Notes: generated from the sequence alone by a model not told the origin. Shown: positions 18,423 to 33,145, counted from the stretch's first letter. The stretch: 64,000 nt of DNA from an uncultured Acidobacteriota bacterium (GCA_913043225.1 CAJWLU010000011.1:53216-117215); one strand, 5' to 3'. Made by a program: numbers and translations.

Positions 18423-19818
18423 CCCCTACCACCGGCCCGACGAACTGTTGGTGCCCGTCATCGTAGCCGCGCTCCTGCAATTCGGCCAGAGTGTGCATAC
18501 GGTCGGATCGCGGGTCGTAGCAGCCGCCGAAGTCGAACGGACCGACAGGGTTATGGACGGGACGAATCTCGAAGGCGGCCTTAAAGTGTGACCTCCGAGC
18601 AAGCAGGGCGTCCCGCTCGGCCGTCGCTTCGAGCGTCGCCAGCGCCTCTCCCAACCGTCCTCTCCCGTCTCGACGGGTTGGTGCCAACTGGCGGGGGCCG
18701 GCGGGCGGCGCCAACGCGGACACGAAGATCACCTGCTCGGCACCGGCCCGAGCCACCTCCTCCAGCACGCGACCGATACTCCCGGGCCGATCGCACAACC
18801 GATGAGTCTCGCCACGCCATACGGTCCGCGATCCAAAGCGGACCGGCCAGGGTTCGGTCAGCGCCGGCAGACTGAGGGCGGCCGCAAGGGCATCGAACCC
18901 GTGCCGCTGAGCTTCGCCGGCCAGGTCGATCCGCTCGAGCACACGATCCTCTGGCTCGGCGCCTGGACGGTCGTATCCGGCCCCAAGCAACGAAAAGACC
19001 AGGTCGCGTCTAGCGTCGAGATCGTGGGTTACCACAAGCAGCTCTCGGAATCCTGGCTGGCCGAGGTTCTCCTTCAACAAATCGGTGAATCGCTGTCCAA
19101 GATCGGTCGGCCCTGGACGCGCGATGGACGCGGCTCCACGCATCAGCTGCCACAAGCCGTCGGCCAGCCAGCCCCGTGCGGTCAGCACATCGAGCGGCGT
19201 ACCCGCCAGCGCCCACCAGAACCCGCTACGCGTGCGCCGACGCCGCCCCCCACGTATCCAGACCCGCACAGCGGCGGCCGCCAGCACCCCGAGCAGCACG
19301 ACAAGCCCCAACACAACCACCCGAGGGAGCCAGGTAGGTAGAATCATCGGCGAGAACACCCATTCAACGAACTGGCCAAACCCCATGGTGAGCCACACGT
19401 CCCCGCCGACACCAAGGACACGCAGCAGGTAGGCGACCGGGTAAACCGCGGCCGCGACCACCACACCGACCATCGGCAACAACACCACGGTCAGCGTCAC
19501 CGCGAGTACCCACGCCGCCATCCGCAGCGCGGTACGCCAGCCATACAGGCGCCGCGCGCTCGAACCGCCCCAGAGCCCTCCGGACGCCCAGAGACGCTCG
19601 GCACCGTCGACCGACATGAATGCCGCCCCCACCACGCCGATGCCACGACCGGCCACCAGGTCGACCTTCACGCCCGCTTCATGCAGGGCGCGGACCACGC
19701 CGGCGTGATAGGCGCCAGCCGTACCGGTCCCATTCAAAACCAGCGCGGTGCGTCGGTGAGGGGAATAGCCGGTTTCGACAGACGGTGTCGACGCGGGCGA
19801 CATCGATTCGGCGGTCAC
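18379..19818 (-). CDS. Patatin-like membrane protein, probably catalytically inactive
   Basis: ALVLNGTGTAGAYHAGV glycine loop; nucleophile elbow reads GRGIG rather than GxSxG; internal TM helices. Confidence 0.8.
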   Translation of the reverse strand: MTAESMSPASTPSVETGYSPHRRTALVLNGTGTAGAYHAGVVRALHEAGVKVDLVAGRGIGVVGAAFMSVDGAERLWASGGLWGGSSARRLYGWRTALRMAAWVLAVTLTVVLLPMVGVVVAAAVYPVAYLLRVLGVGGDVWLTMGFGQFVEWVFSPMILPTWLPRVVVLGLVVLLGVLAAAAVRVWIRGGRRRRTRSGFWWALAGTPLDVLTARGWLADGLWQLMRGAASIARPGPTDLGQRFTDLLKENLGQPGFRELLVVTHDLDARRDLVFSLLGAGYDRPGAEPEDRVLERIDLAGEAQRHGFDALAAALSLPALTEPWPVRFGSRTVWRGETHRLCDRPGSIGRVLEEVARAGAEQVIFVSALAPPAGPRQLAPTRRDGRGRLGEALATLEATAERDALLARRSHFKAAFEIRPVHNPVGPFDFGGCYDPRSDRMHTLAELQERGYDDGHQQFVGPVVGASGERIESAATSRP

Positions 19819-19825
19819 CGGATGG

Positions 19826-20290
19826 TTACTCGCCGTGGATGGTCACGAGCTTCACGAGCTCGAATTCGCGCGTGCCGTTGGGCGTCGGCACCTCGACCTC
19901 GTCACCTTCTTCTTTCCCCACAAGGGCGCGGCCAATGGGAGACGCGGTGGAAATCCAGCCCTTCTCGGGGTCGGCGTCCTCTGGCATCACGAGCTGGTAG
20001 ACGACTTTGACGCCGCCAGCCTCCCGCAGGTGAACCTTCGAGCCGAATGCGACCTTATCGTTCGGGATCCGATCAAGATTCATAAGCGACAACTCAGCCA
20101 CTCGCTTGTGCAGCATGGCAAGGCGTGCCTGAACAAACGACTGGCGCTCCTTGGCCGCCTGGTACTCGGCATTCTCCCGAAGGTCACCGAGCTCACGCGC
20201 CCGCTTGATCTCCTTCGGCAGCTCGTTGTTGAGCTCCCGCTTCAGCTGGGAGATCTCGTCCTCGAACCGCTTGACTAATTCAGCCTTCAT
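19826..20290 (-). CDS. greA: Transcription elongation factor GreA
   Basis: ARELGDLRENAEYQAAKE, ISTASPIGRALVGK. Confidence 0.95.
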   Translation of the reverse strand: MKAELVKRFEDEISQLKRELNNELPKEIKRARELGDLRENAEYQAAKERQSFVQARLAMLHKRVAELSLMNLDRIPNDKVAFGSKVHLREAGGVKVVYQLVMPEDADPEKGWISTASPIGRALVGKEEGDEVEVPTPNGTREFELVKLVTIHGE

Positions 20291-20401
20291 TAGAGTTTCG
20301 CTGGTGTCCGCACAATGGCCGGACAAACCGTTACCATAGCACACTGCTCTGTCGCCGCTCGTCTTGCACCAGGTGCGGCCACACACGCTCGAGACAATGC
20401 C

Positions 20402-21205
20402 TTGGAGATCATCACCAGTCGCCGTAACCCGATCGTAACCCGATGCCGCGACGCCGCCCGCACGAACGGGCCGGACGGTCCTATGCTGCTCGAAGGTCGG
20501 CATCTCGTCGATGAAGCGTTGGCCGCCGAGCTACCGCTCGAGCTCGTGCTCGTCACGGCTGAAACGACCAAGGACGCAGACAGCGCCGGACGGCTACAGC
20601 ACCTCGAACGGGTCACCCGGGTGGTCCAGGTGCCAGTCCCCGTCATGGCAGCCGCTAGCCCGGCTGACAGCCCGAGCGGCCTGCTCGCGCTGGCGGACCG
20701 ACCTGCGGTGACCCTTGAGATCGCCCTAGCGGGCGTCACGCCACTCGTCGTCGCGCTCGTCGGCGTCCAGGATCCCGGGAACACCGGCGCCGTGATTCGC
20801 GCCGTGGAAGCTGGCGGCGCTACCGGCGTGGTAACCGTCGGCGGAGCGGACCCGTTTGGGTGGAAGGCGTTGCGAGGAGCGATGGGCAGCACGCTACGGG
20901 TGCCGATCGCCCGCACCCGGGATATCGCGACGCTGTCGGTAGCCGCGAGCGCTAGACCACTCCGTACCCTGGCCGCGGTGCCGCGAGGCGGCACGCCGAT
21001 CACCCAAGCCGACCTCGCGCGACCGACCCTGCTCTGTTTTGGCGGCGAGGGCGGGTTCGACCAGGACACCGTGGGAAAGGCGGATGAACGGATCTCGATC
21101 CCTATGCGCCCACCGGTCGAATCACTGAACTTGGCGGTCGCCTCGGCGCTCGTGATCTACGAGGCAGCTCGACAGCGGAGCGCCAGACCGGTGGACACCC
21201 GATGA
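20402..21205 (+). CDS. TrmH/SpoU family RNA 2'-O-methyltransferase
   Basis: ITSRRNP, QDPGNTGAVIR, GGEGGF, VESLNLA; start uncertain (TTG20402). Confidence 0.93.
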   Translation: MEIITSRRNPIVTRCRDAARTNGPDGPMLLEGRHLVDEALAAELPLELVLVTAETTKDADSAGRLQHLERVTRVVQVPVPVMAAASPADSPSGLLALADRPAVTLEIALAGVTPLVVALVGVQDPGNTGAVIRAVEAGGATGVVTVGGADPFGWKALRGAMGSTLRVPIARTRDIATLSVAASARPLRTLAAVPRGGTPITQADLARPTLLCFGGEGGFDQDTVGKADERISIPMRPPVESLNLAVASALVIYEAARQRSARPVDTR

Positions 21206-22596
21206 GTGGCTCGCTCTTCGACGACCCGACCATGACCCGGCCACCCAGCGACGGTCCATTGGCGGACCGGATGCGCCCACGCCACTTCGACGAGCTGGTC
21301 GGTCAAGAGCAACTCCTGGGCCCCGACCGCCCCCTACGGCAAGCCATCGAGCGAGATACGCTGCAGTCGATCATCCTGTGGGGACCGCCAGGTAGCGGCA
21401 AGACGACGCTTGCCCGGCTAATCGCGGCGACGACCGCGTCCAAGTTCGTGGCGTTCAGCGCTGTCCTCTCCGGCATCAAGGAGATCCGAGCGGTAATGGC
21501 CGAGGCCGAGCAGGCTCGCCACCTCGGCTCGCGACGAACCATTCTGTTTATCGACGAGATCCATCGCTTCAACAAGGCCCAACAGGACGCGTTCCTCCCG
21601 CGCGTCGAAGCAGGCGACATTGCCCTGGTGGGAGCCACTACCGAGAACCCCTCCTTCGAGGTGAACGCGGCGCTCCTCTCCCGGTCTCAGGTGTACGTCC
21701 TGGAGCCGCTGAACGCCGAGGCAGTCATCACGCTCCTCCGAAGGGCGCTAGCGGATGAGGAACGCGGCCTCGGAAAGGCACCACTCCGGGTCGACGAAGA
21801 GGCGCTCACAGCAATCGCGACACACGCCAATGGCGATGCTCGCGTCGCCCTCAACCTATTGGAGCTCGGCGCGTCTGCCGCGGCGGCCCCGCACCCGACC
21901 TCCGACCACGAGGCACACCTCGACCTAACACTCCTGTCCGAGGTCACACAGAGACGGGCGCTGCTGTATGACAAGACCGGGGAAGAGCACTACAACCTCA
22001 TCTCGGCGCTCCACAAGTCGCTGCGCAACAGCGACCCCGACGCCGCCGTGTACTGGCTCGCTCGGATGGTGGAAGCAGGAGAAGATCCGCTCTACATCGC
22101 TCGGCGGCTGGTCCGCTTCGCATCCGAGGATGTCGGTAACGCGGACCCCCAGGCCCTGACCGTGGCCGTGGCGGCAAAAGAGGCGGTACACTTCGTCGGC
22201 ATGCCGGAGGGCAACACCGTGCTGGCGCAGGCGGCCATCTATCTGGCCTCTGCGCCCAAGAGCAACGCGGTCTACACTGCGTACAACAAGGCTGCTACCG
22301 ACGCCCATCGCGAGTCCGCGGACCCAGTGCCCCTCCACTTACGCAACGCGCCAACTCGACTAATGAAGCAGCTAGACTACGGGAAGGGCTACCGCTACGC
22401 CCACGACGAGCCGAATGCGGTCGCCCCCATGGACTGCCTCCCGCCGTCGGTCGCGGGCACCCGCTACTACACGCCGACGACCAGAGGCTTCGAACGGGAA
22501 CTGGGACGACGACTCGACGCGTGGCGCGACCTCAAGGCGAAGCGGCGGACCGCAGGACAACGAGATATGCCGGACCCACAACCGTCGGATCCGTAG
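21202..22596 (+). CDS. rarA: Replication-associated recombination protein A (MgsA)
   Basis: [45 protein letters not shown]. Confidence 0.97.
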   Translation: MSGSLFDDPTMTRPPSDGPLADRMRPRHFDELVGQEQLLGPDRPLRQAIERDTLQSIILWGPPGSGKTTLARLIAATTASKFVAFSAVLSGIKEIRAVMAEAEQARHLGSRRTILFIDEIHRFNKAQQDAFLPRVEAGDIALVGATTENPSFEVNAALLSRSQVYVLEPLNAEAVITLLRRALADEERGLGKAPLRVDEEALTAIATHANGDARVALNLLELGASAAAAPHPTSDHEAHLDLTLLSEVTQRRALLYDKTGEEHYNLISALHKSLRNSDPDAAVYWLARMVEAGEDPLYIARRLVRFASEDVGNADPQALTVAVAAKEAVHFVGMPEGNTVLAQAAIYLASAPKSNAVYTAYNKAATDAHRESADPVPLHLRNAPTRLMKQLDYGKGYRYAHDEPNAVAPMDCLPPSVAGTRYYTPTTRGFERELGRRLDAWRDLKAKRRTAGQRDMPDPQPSDP

Positions 22597-22598
22597 GC

Positions 22599-22769
22599 AT
22601 GCCCGGAACGCTCTACTACGTCGGTCGCGGACTGCAGCTGCTGGGGATGGCGGCGCTTCTCGAGGCGATCCTGATCGCAGGGCCAATGGGCCCCAGCCCG
22701 CGGATCTTTGGATTCGGGGTGGCCGTGTTCATCGTGGGGCACCTGATCGTCAAGCGCACGAGCGGCTAA
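22599..22769 (+). CDS. Small two-TM membrane protein (56 aa)
   Basis: ATG 2 nt after the rarA stop; MPGTLYYVGRGLQLLGM...FIVGHLIVKRTSG. Confidence 0.65.
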   Translation: MPGTLYYVGRGLQLLGMAALLEAILIAGPMGPSPRIFGFGVAVFIVGHLIVKRTSG

Positions 22770-22794
22770 CAAGACAGCGACCAAACCGCGAGAC

Positions 22795-23073
22795 CTACTC
22801 GAGGCTCACCCTCACCACCTCGTAGTCCAGATCGATACCGACCACCGAGTCGCCGCCGAGTCGCATGGCTTCTTCCCTGAACTCGCCGAACGCGATCTGG
22901 CGGGCGCGTTGCGGTTCCGTTCCGTAGGCGCCCGACCTGTCCGCGACGATGCCGCGGATCTTCGCGAGGAGGTCCCTGAAGATGTTGGCACCAACGATCG
23001 CGTCGCCGGTGACGACACCGCGGCAGGTCCGGACCCTTCGGCCTGCGACTGATGGGGTGGCCGTCGGGACCAT
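22795..23073 (-). pseudogene. YbjQ/UPF0145 family, degenerate and C-terminally truncated
   Basis: GVVTGDAIVGANIFRD, SGAY, VVGIDLDYEV present; terminal MLMV-x-A-x-GTAV motif missing. Confidence 0.75.
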
Positions 23074-23158
23074 GTGGCGTCCTTCTCGACCCATTAGCCA
23101 TGCCCGGCCCCACCGGATCGGTCCAGGCTCCGTGCCCTAATACAGCCGGCAGCTACCC

Positions 23159-24951
23159 TCAAATCCGCTCGAAGCGGCGTTCAATCTCTCGACGAGACAG
23201 ACGGAGTACGACCGGTCGACCGTGCGGACACACCGACGAGTGGGCCGTCCTACGCAGTTCGTCGAGGATGTAGACCATTTTCTCTGGAGTGAGACGGTCG
23301 TGCGCCTTGACGGCCGCGTGACAGGCCGTGGTCGCCGCCACCTGACGGAGCGCCTGGTCCACGGGGCCGCCCTCTTCAAATCCGTCGAGGTCCAGGGCCA
23401 GCGCACGAATCGTCACTTCCGAAGCGGCGATCGGCACGAGCGCCGGCACCGCCGCCACGCACACACTGTCGCCGCCGAACTCCTCCACCTCGAACCCCAG
23501 ACGCGTGAGCGCCACCTGGTGCTGCCCGAGCGCCTGTCGCTCGGCCGGGGACAACTCCAGCACCAGCGGCGTCAGCAACCGCTGGCTCTCCAGGGGACCG
23601 GCGGTCAAACGCTCCATCACCTGCTCGAACAACACCCGCTCGTGAGCGACGTGCTGGTCGATGATGGCAATCCCTTCGTCATCGACCGCGATAATGAACG
23701 TGTCGCGGAACTGGCCGAGCGGTAACATCGATCGTCCGGTAGGCACCGGCGCCGGCGCCATAGCCGCCGGCCGCATGTCACGTACCAGATCGGTGAGCGA
23801 CTGGGGCGGTGCGAATCCAGTAGATCCCGGACCGTCGGTTGACGTCGCGGTGTCGGCCAGCACAGCGACAGGCTGCGTCCACGGCCCGGGCGACGCCTCC
23901 GCGGCCGGGCCCGGCGCCCTGGTGGGAGCGGCCTCCAGCGCAACCTCCGGAGCCGGGCTGTCGGCCAGGGCGTCGCCCAGTGCCCGGCGCAGTACCTCGT
24001 GCACGAGCGAGGGCTCCAGGAATCGAACCTCGGCCTTGGCCGGATGCACGTTCACGTCGACGCGATCAGGTGGCAGCTCAAAGAACAGGTGCACCTCCGG
24101 ACTCCGCTCCTTGATGGTGGCGGCGCTATAGGCGTGGGTGATAGCGTGCGCGATAGTCCGGTCCTTGACGGCGCGACCATTCACGAACAGATTCTGCGGT
24201 CCCCTGACCGGCCCGTGACCCTGCCCGGCCAACCCCGCCGCAAAGCCGCGCACCGACACACCCGCCGCGGTCTTCTGCACCTCGACCAAATGGTCCCGCG
24301 ATTTGTAGAGTTGAAAAAGCCGCTCATCAAGCTCGGTCGCCGACGGACACTGCAGCAAGCGGCGGCTTCCACTCGCGAGGGTGAAACCGACCTCTGGGTA
24401 ACCGAGCGCAAGCTGCGTCATCAGCCTGGAGATCTGGGTGGTTTCGGCCCCATCCGACTTAAGGAACTTCCGGCGGGCGGGGACGTTGCAGAAGAGGTCG
24501 ATCACCTCGATCGTCGTCCCCTCCGATGCACCTACCTCACGGGTGGCCGTAGTCACTCCTGCCGAGACCCGGATCTCGACTCCTCTGTCGGCGCCGCGAG
24601 GGCGGGTGCGCAGAAGCAGATTCGACACCGAGGCGATGCTGGGGAGCGCCTCGCCCCGGAAGCCCAAGGTAGAGATGGCGGCCAAGTCTTCGAGCCGGCG
24701 GATCTTGCTCGTCGCGTGACGCTCGAGTGCGAGGGCCGCCTCCTCAGCGGTCATCCCCTCGCCGTCATCCTCCACCCGGATCAGCCGCTTGCCCCCTAGT
24801 TCGACGGCGACCGCGATGCGGCGCGCGCCGGCGTCGATAGCATTCTCGACGAGCTCCTTGACCACCGAGGCGGGCCGCTCCACGACCTCCCCCGCCGCGA
24901 TCTGGTTGGCGAGCTCTGTCGACAGTCGCGTGATCTTCGAAGGACGGTCGC

Positions 24952-24955
<4 letters not shown>
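23159..24955 (-). CDS. mutL: DNA mismatch repair endonuclease MutL
   Basis: IAAGEVVERPASVVKEL, GFRGEAL, DQHVAHER, ACHAAVK, CPHGRP. Confidence 0.98.
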
Positions 24956-27807
<2,852 letters not shown>

Positions 27808-27846
27808 GTCTCTCTCACGCGCGTCGGGTGCTGCGTTCGGCGTCGA

Positions 27847-30075
27847 TTACTGCTCGGCCACGAGCTCGGAGACGTCGGCCAGCCGGAGCACCCGCTGTTC
27901 GAGTCGCTTCAAGAGAGCCAGGCGACGGCGCCGGAGGTAGGGATCGGGCGCCATCACCAGTACGTCAGTAAAAAAGCGGTCAACGGCCGGGCCGAAGCGG
28001 GCGGCCTCGGCGAACGCCTCACGATACGCATCGCCGCTCTCGACGGCCGCCACGATCTTCGGCCCGCGGCGGGCCAGCTCGCGCTCGAGCCGTTTCTCGG
28101 CCGGTTCCAGCGCTTCCTCGGACACCGCCACCGCGCCGCGCTCGATGTCGCCAAACTCCCCATCGGACAGCTCTCGGGCGATGTTACGGACCCGTTTGAA
28201 GACGGTGGCCAATTGCTGGAAGTCTGCCGACCCGGTAAACTCGGGCAGCACCTCAAGCTTTCGCCGCGCGTCGAGCGGCCGCAGCTGAGCGACGTCGGCA
28301 TCGTGGGTGACGGCACGCACATTGCGCACGTCGTAGCCTCGCTGCTCGAGCACGTAACGCAGCCGCTCGCGCAGGAAGTCGATCAGCCGACGGGCATTCT
28401 CCTCCGGTGCACCGCCGGCGTGCTCCCCACGCGCCATGTTCACCAGGGTGCCGACATCAGGACGGACCGAAGACCCGGTCAGTTCAGGCAGGTCTACGAG
28501 GATGCGGAACACCCCGTGGGCCTGGCGCCGTAGCGCGAACGGATCCCGCGATCCGGTCGGTCGCTCGCCACTGAGAAATAGTCCCACCAGGGTGTCGAGC
28601 TTGTCCGCCAGCGCCACCGCAGCCCAACAGACGCCAGCAGGACCGAGGTCGCGTGGCTGGGGCGGGGCGTCAGCGGCCACGCCGATCGGAAGGTAGTGGT
28701 GATAGATGGCGCGCCAGACTGCCTCAGACTCGCCATCCTCGCGGGCATAGATGCCGCCCATCTGCCCCTGCAGTTCGGGAAACTCGCCTACCATGTCCGT
28801 GGTCAGATCCGCCTTTGCCAGAAGCGCGGCCCGCGCGGCGTCCGCTCCCACGTCGCTCGCATCGAGAGCATCACTAGCGACCCGGGCCGCCAACCGTTCG
28901 ATCCGGTGAGCCTTGGCAAGATAGCTACCCAGCTTGGCGTGAAACCGGAGAGTGTCGAGGCGTTCCAGATGAGTAGCGAGCGGCGCCCCTCGATCGGCTT
29001 CCCAGAAAAACCGCGCATCCCGCAGCCTGGCAATTAGGACGCGCTCGGAGTTGTGAGCAATGGCCCGGACGTTATCCCGGGGGGTGTTGGTGACGGCCAG
29101 GAAATGCTCGGTCAGCCGACCACGTTTTGTGACCACCGGAAAGTAGTGCTGGTGGTGAATCATCGTGGTCTTTAGCACCTCGTCCGGTAGCGCCAGGAAC
29201 TCGCGGGGAAAGTGTCCAGTGACCACCGACGGATACTCCACCAAGTCCGGCACCTCGTCGAGGAGCGACGACTCTCCTCCCGCGCCCCCTACGACGCCTC
29301 CCGCCCGAGCGGCCTGCGTGGTCAGCTTCTTGTCGATCCTGGCCCGGCGCTCGTGGCGCGACAGCAGAACGTAGTTCCGCTTGAGTGTGCGCCGGTACTC
29401 GGCAAACGACCCTACCGCCTGCCGGCCACCAGGCTTGCCATCACGAGCAAAGAAGCGGTGGCCAAAGGTGACCGCACCAGCCCGGATCGGGGCAACCCCG
29501 CGCGCTACCGCCCCAGGGGTCCGCTCGATAACGAAGGGCACGACCCGACCGCCGAACAAGAACAGGAGCCACCGGATGGGCCGCCCGAATAGCAGTTCGC
29601 CCCGGCCGTCATCGAGACGCGCATCCCAGTTCATCTGCTTCCGGAACTCGAGACTGCGGAGCGTCGCGGCCAGCACATCGCCAAGCACCGTCCGTGCCAG
29701 TGCGCCACGCTGCCGGTTGCGATGCGCCAGGTAGATGCCTTTCGGCATCTTCACTTGAATCAGCTGGTTCACCGGCACACCGTGCTTGCGTGCGAAGCCC
29801 TCCGCCGCCCGCGTCGGCTTGCCACCGGCATCGAACGCCGCTGCCAGTGCGGGTCCGGTCTGGGTCTCTTCTAGGTCTGTTTGGCGATCTTCCAGCTTGG
29901 CCACGCGTGCGACCAGCCGGCGCGGCGTCGCGAAGGCCTCTGGCTCGGTTCCGCAGGTCAGCCGGGCGTCGTCAAGTGCCGCACGTAGCTTGTTCTCCAG
30001 TTGAGTCGTCAGCGAGGGAAGCCAACTCGCCGGAATCTCCTCGCACCCGATCTCGATCAACAGCTCTCGATTCAT
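27847..30075 (-). CDS. glyS: Glycine-tRNA ligase beta subunit
   Basis: LLIEIGCEEIP, RPIRWL, EFPELQG, PTGSRDPFALRR. Confidence 0.97.
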   Translation of the reverse strand: MNRELLIEIGCEEIPASWLPSLTTQLENKLRAALDDARLTCGTEPEAFATPRRLVARVAKLEDRQTDLEETQTGPALAAAFDAGGKPTRAAEGFARKHGVPVNQLIQVKMPKGIYLAHRNRQRGALARTVLGDVLAATLRSLEFRKQMNWDARLDDGRGELLFGRPIRWLLFLFGGRVVPFVIERTPGAVARGVAPIRAGAVTFGHRFFARDGKPGGRQAVGSFAEYRRTLKRNYVLLSRHERRARIDKKLTTQAARAGGVVGGAGGESSLLDEVPDLVEYPSVVTGHFPREFLALPDEVLKTTMIHHQHYFPVVTKRGRLTEHFLAVTNTPRDNVRAIAHNSERVLIARLRDARFFWEADRGAPLATHLERLDTLRFHAKLGSYLAKAHRIERLAARVASDALDASDVGADAARAALLAKADLTTDMVGEFPELQGQMGGIYAREDGESEAVWRAIYHHYLPIGVAADAPPQPRDLGPAGVCWAAVALADKLDTLVGLFLSGERPTGSRDPFALRRQAHGVFRILVDLPELTGSSVRPDVGTLVNMARGEHAGGAPEENARRLIDFLRERLRYVLEQRGYDVRNVRAVTHDADVAQLRPLDARRKLEVLPEFTGSADFQQLATVFKRVRNIARELSDGEFGDIERGAVAVSEEALEPAEKRLERELARRGPKIVAAVESGDAYREAFAEAARFGPAVDRFFTDVLVMAPDPYLRRRRLALLKRLEQRVLRLADVSELVAEQ

Positions 30076-30088
30076 GGTGACGTTCCGC

Positions 30089-30967
30089 TTAGGCCTCGGC
30101 CGACTGCTCGTCGGTGGCCCCGACGTAGGCATGGGCAATGGCTACGGCCAGCTCGCGCACGCGCAGAATGTAGGCAGCCCGCTCAGTCACCCCAATGCCA
30201 CCGCTCGCATCCAGGATGTTGAACGTGTGTGAACACTTGAGACACGCATCCAGCGCCGGCAACACAAGCCCCGACCGTAACAGCGTCTGGGTCATCTGCT
30301 CGTGGCGGTCGAACAGGTCGCGGTGGAAGGCAGCGAACTCACGCTCGGGCATATCCACCATCCCGAAGGCGTATTTGGTCTGCTCGACCTCTTCTTGGTG
30401 GCGAACATCACGATAGGGCACACCGGGTGCCCACTCGAGGTCGTACACGTCGTCCACGCCCTGCAGGTGCATGGCAATCCGCTCGAGGCCGTAGGTGAGC
30501 TCGACCGAGACGGGAGCCAGATCGATGCCACCCGCCTGCTGGAAGTACGTGAACTGGGTAATCTCCATGCCGTCGAGCAAAACCTGCCACCCGATGCCCC
30601 AGGCACCGAGGGTGGGCGACTCCCAGTTGTCCTCCTCAAAGCGGACATCGTGCCTGGCCGGGTCGATGCCACACGCGCACAAGCTCTCCAGATATTGCAG
30701 CTGGGCCGCATCCGGCGACGGCTTGAGAATCACCTGGAACTGATGGTGCTTGAAAAGACGGTTCGGGTTCTCACCGAACCGGCCGTCCGCCGGCCGGCGT
30801 GACGGCTGCACGTAGGCAACGTTCCAGTGCCTCGGCCCTAACACCCGGAGGAAGGTCTCAGGATGCATGGTACCCGCCCCGACCTCGATGTCGAGCGGTT
30901 GCTGGATAAGGCAGCCCCGCGACGCCCAGAACTTGGACAATGAGGCGATCAGATCCTGAAGGGTCAC
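30089..30967 (-). CDS. glyQ: Glycine-tRNA ligase alpha subunit
   Basis: [43 protein letters not shown]. Confidence 0.97.
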   Translation of the reverse strand: MTLQDLIASLSKFWASRGCLIQQPLDIEVGAGTMHPETFLRVLGPRHWNVAYVQPSRRPADGRFGENPNRLFKHHQFQVILKPSPDAAQLQYLESLCACGIDPARHDVRFEEDNWESPTLGAWGIGWQVLLDGMEITQFTYFQQAGGIDLAPVSVELTYGLERIAMHLQGVDDVYDLEWAPGVPYRDVRHQEEVEQTKYAFGMVDMPEREFAAFHRDLFDRHEQMTQTLLRSGLVLPALDACLKCSHTFNILDASGGIGVTERAAYILRVRELAVAIAHAYVGATDEQSAEA

Positions 30968-30999
30968 ATCTTTACTCCCAGGGCCACAGTATTGCTTCC

Positions 31000-31743
31000 C
31001 TAGACTCGGCCCATAGCTCGAAGCACTTTCACCGAGCGAAGCTCCTTCTCCAAATGAACCGCCAACAGTCGTCGATGCGCCTGCTCGAGCTCTCGCCCGG
31101 CTAGCTCTGACAAGCCTATATCGGCGAGTCGACCGGGTGGGGTGCCGGCGACCCCTCTCAGAAACCCTACGGCATCGCCAGACAACAACACTCCCTGCTG
31201 GCCGGCACACCCACGGCAGACCAAGCCATCGCCACCCGGGTCAAGACGTCCGCCGCCGCTTAGGTCGCCGCCACAAGCTCCACAGGCCAGGAGCGACGGA
31301 TAGACCCCTTGCAGTCGGAGCACCCAATACTCGAAGTACCGGGCCAACGGCTCGACCGGGACATCGCCCCGCAACGACTCGACCACTGCCGCACCCAGCC
31401 GATACAGCGTGTCGTTCGGTTCTGCTTCCGGCGCGCACTCGTCGAGCAACTCGGCGAAGTACGAGACGTACCCGAGACTCTCGCCATCACGTGCGGCCAA
31501 AGGGGAACTGACCGGGTCGACATAGCTCAGTCGCACCAGATCCCGCCGCTCCCGCTCGTAGTACGCCAGCCGCGCCAAGGTCAGCGGCTCGAGACCGCCG
31601 CCAAACCGCGACTTGGTCCGGCGGGCCCCATTCGCCACACCGCGCTTCTTGCCCCGGTCGCGGGTCAGGAAGACGACGATACAGTCCGCCTCACCAAGCT
31701 GATAGGTGCGCAGAACGAGCGCGTCGGTCGTAAACAGTGGCAT
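31000..31743 (-). CDS. recO: DNA repair protein RecO
   Basis: [21 protein letters not shown], CxxC...CxxC zinc finger. Confidence 0.95.
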   Translation of the reverse strand: MPLFTTDALVLRTYQLGEADCIVVFLTRDRGKKRGVANGARRTKSRFGGGLEPLTLARLAYYERERRDLVRLSYVDPVSSPLAARDGESLGYVSYFAELLDECAPEAEPNDTLYRLGAAVVESLRGDVPVEPLARYFEYWVLRLQGVYPSLLACGACGGDLSGGGRLDPGGDGLVCRGCAGQQGVLLSGDAVGFLRGVAGTPPGRLADIGLSELAGRELEQAHRRLLAVHLEKELRSVKVLRAMGRV

Positions 31744-31780
31744 CGCGACCGCCGAACCGAAACGTCGTATTGTACAGCCG

Positions 31781-33145
31781 TTACGCTGCCTTGACGTACT
31801 GCAGGAAGACCGTTGCTAGGCCCAGGAAAGCAAAGAACCCGAAGACGTCGGTCAAGGTAGTGATGAACACGGCCGACGCCAGTGCCGGGTCGATCTTGAG
31901 CGCTCGCAGGATGATCGGGATGACGGTCGCAGCCACGGCGGCCACTAGCAGGTTGATCACCATCGCCAACCCCAGGATCAGCCCAAGGTACAGATTGCCT
32001 GACATCGACCAGGCGACTCCAGCCCCGATGGTGCCCAGCGCCAGCCCATTGCTCAAACCAACCAGCGCTTCCTTGAACACCGCCTTACGAGAGTTGCCCC
32101 AGGTGAGCTCTCCCAGCGCTATCCCGCGCACGATGACGGTGAGCGCCTGGGTGGCAGCGTTACCACCCATGCTCGCCACGATGGTCATAAAGACGGCCAG
32201 CACAACGACCTCATCGATCGTGGCCTGAAATGCCCGTACGACAAACGCCGCCATCGTGGCCGTGATCAGGTTCACGGCGAGCCACGGCAGCCGCTTGCGC
32301 ACCGACTCGCTGGCGGGCGAGAACACGTGCTCATCACCGCTGACACCAGCCAGTCGGTAAATATCCTCGGTGGCCTCGTCCTTAATGATGTCGATCACAT
32401 CGTCGACCGTGATGATCCCGGCCAACTTGTTCTCCTCGTCGACGACCGGAATAGCCAGCAGGTTGTAGTTCGCGACGTGCTGGGCAACCTCTTCCTGGTC
32501 GGTGTCGACCCTGGCGCTGATCAGGTCGGTGGTCATGATCCGCCGGAGCGGCGTCTCTGGCGAAACTAGCAACAGGCGTCGCAGAGACACGACGCCGACC
32601 AGATGCCGCCGCTCATCGACCACATAGAGATAAAAGACCATCTCCACCTCGCGCGACCCCTGGAGTGCCTGGATCGCCTCGCCCGCCGTCAGCTCCTCCG
32701 ACAACGCGAACACCGTCGGATTCATGATCCGGCCGGCGGTCTGCTCGGCGTACTCGAGCAGGTTCTCGACCTCACCCGACGCTCGCATCTGTTCGAGCAC
32801 GGCGTCCGAGATCTGCTCGGGAAATTCGTCGATCAGGGCCGCCGCATCGTCGGACGGCATCTCCTGCAGCCACTGGGCCAGCCTGCCCGGCGGATGCTCG
32901 GCAAGCAGGGTTGAGGCCGGCTCTGGTCCGTACTCGATCAGCGCCTCCATGGCGAGGCGGCTGTTGTGGCCGAGCAGCAGGTTGAGTGCGACCCGACAGT
33001 CTTTCTGGGAAAGCTCGCTGAAGAGCTCAGCGAGATCGGCCGGATGCTGCTTCTGCAGCAGGTTGACAAGGTTCACAGACGCACCAATCCGCTGCAGTCG
33101 CTTGACTGAATCGAGAACCACGTCGATTCGGCGGAGGGGTGGCAT
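31781..33145 (-). CDS. mgtE: Magnesium transporter MgtE
   Basis: HPADLA, CBS pair, RLPWL, MGGNAATQ, DPALAS..ITTLTDV. Confidence 0.97.
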   Translation of the reverse strand: MPPLRRIDVVLDSVKRLQRIGASVNLVNLLQKQHPADLAELFSELSQKDCRVALNLLLGHNSRLAMEALIEYGPEPASTLLAEHPPGRLAQWLQEMPSDDAAALIDEFPEQISDAVLEQMRASGEVENLLEYAEQTAGRIMNPTVFALSEELTAGEAIQALQGSREVEMVFYLYVVDERRHLVGVVSLRRLLLVSPETPLRRIMTTDLISARVDTDQEEVAQHVANYNLLAIPVVDEENKLAGIITVDDVIDIIKDEATEDIYRLAGVSGDEHVFSPASESVRKRLPWLAVNLITATMAAFVVRAFQATIDEVVVLAVFMTIVASMGGNAATQALTVIVRGIALGELTWGNSRKAVFKEALVGLSNGLALGTIGAGVAWSMSGNLYLGLILGLAMVINLLVAAVAATVIPIILRALKIDPALASAVFITTLTDVFGFFAFLGLATVFLQYVKAA

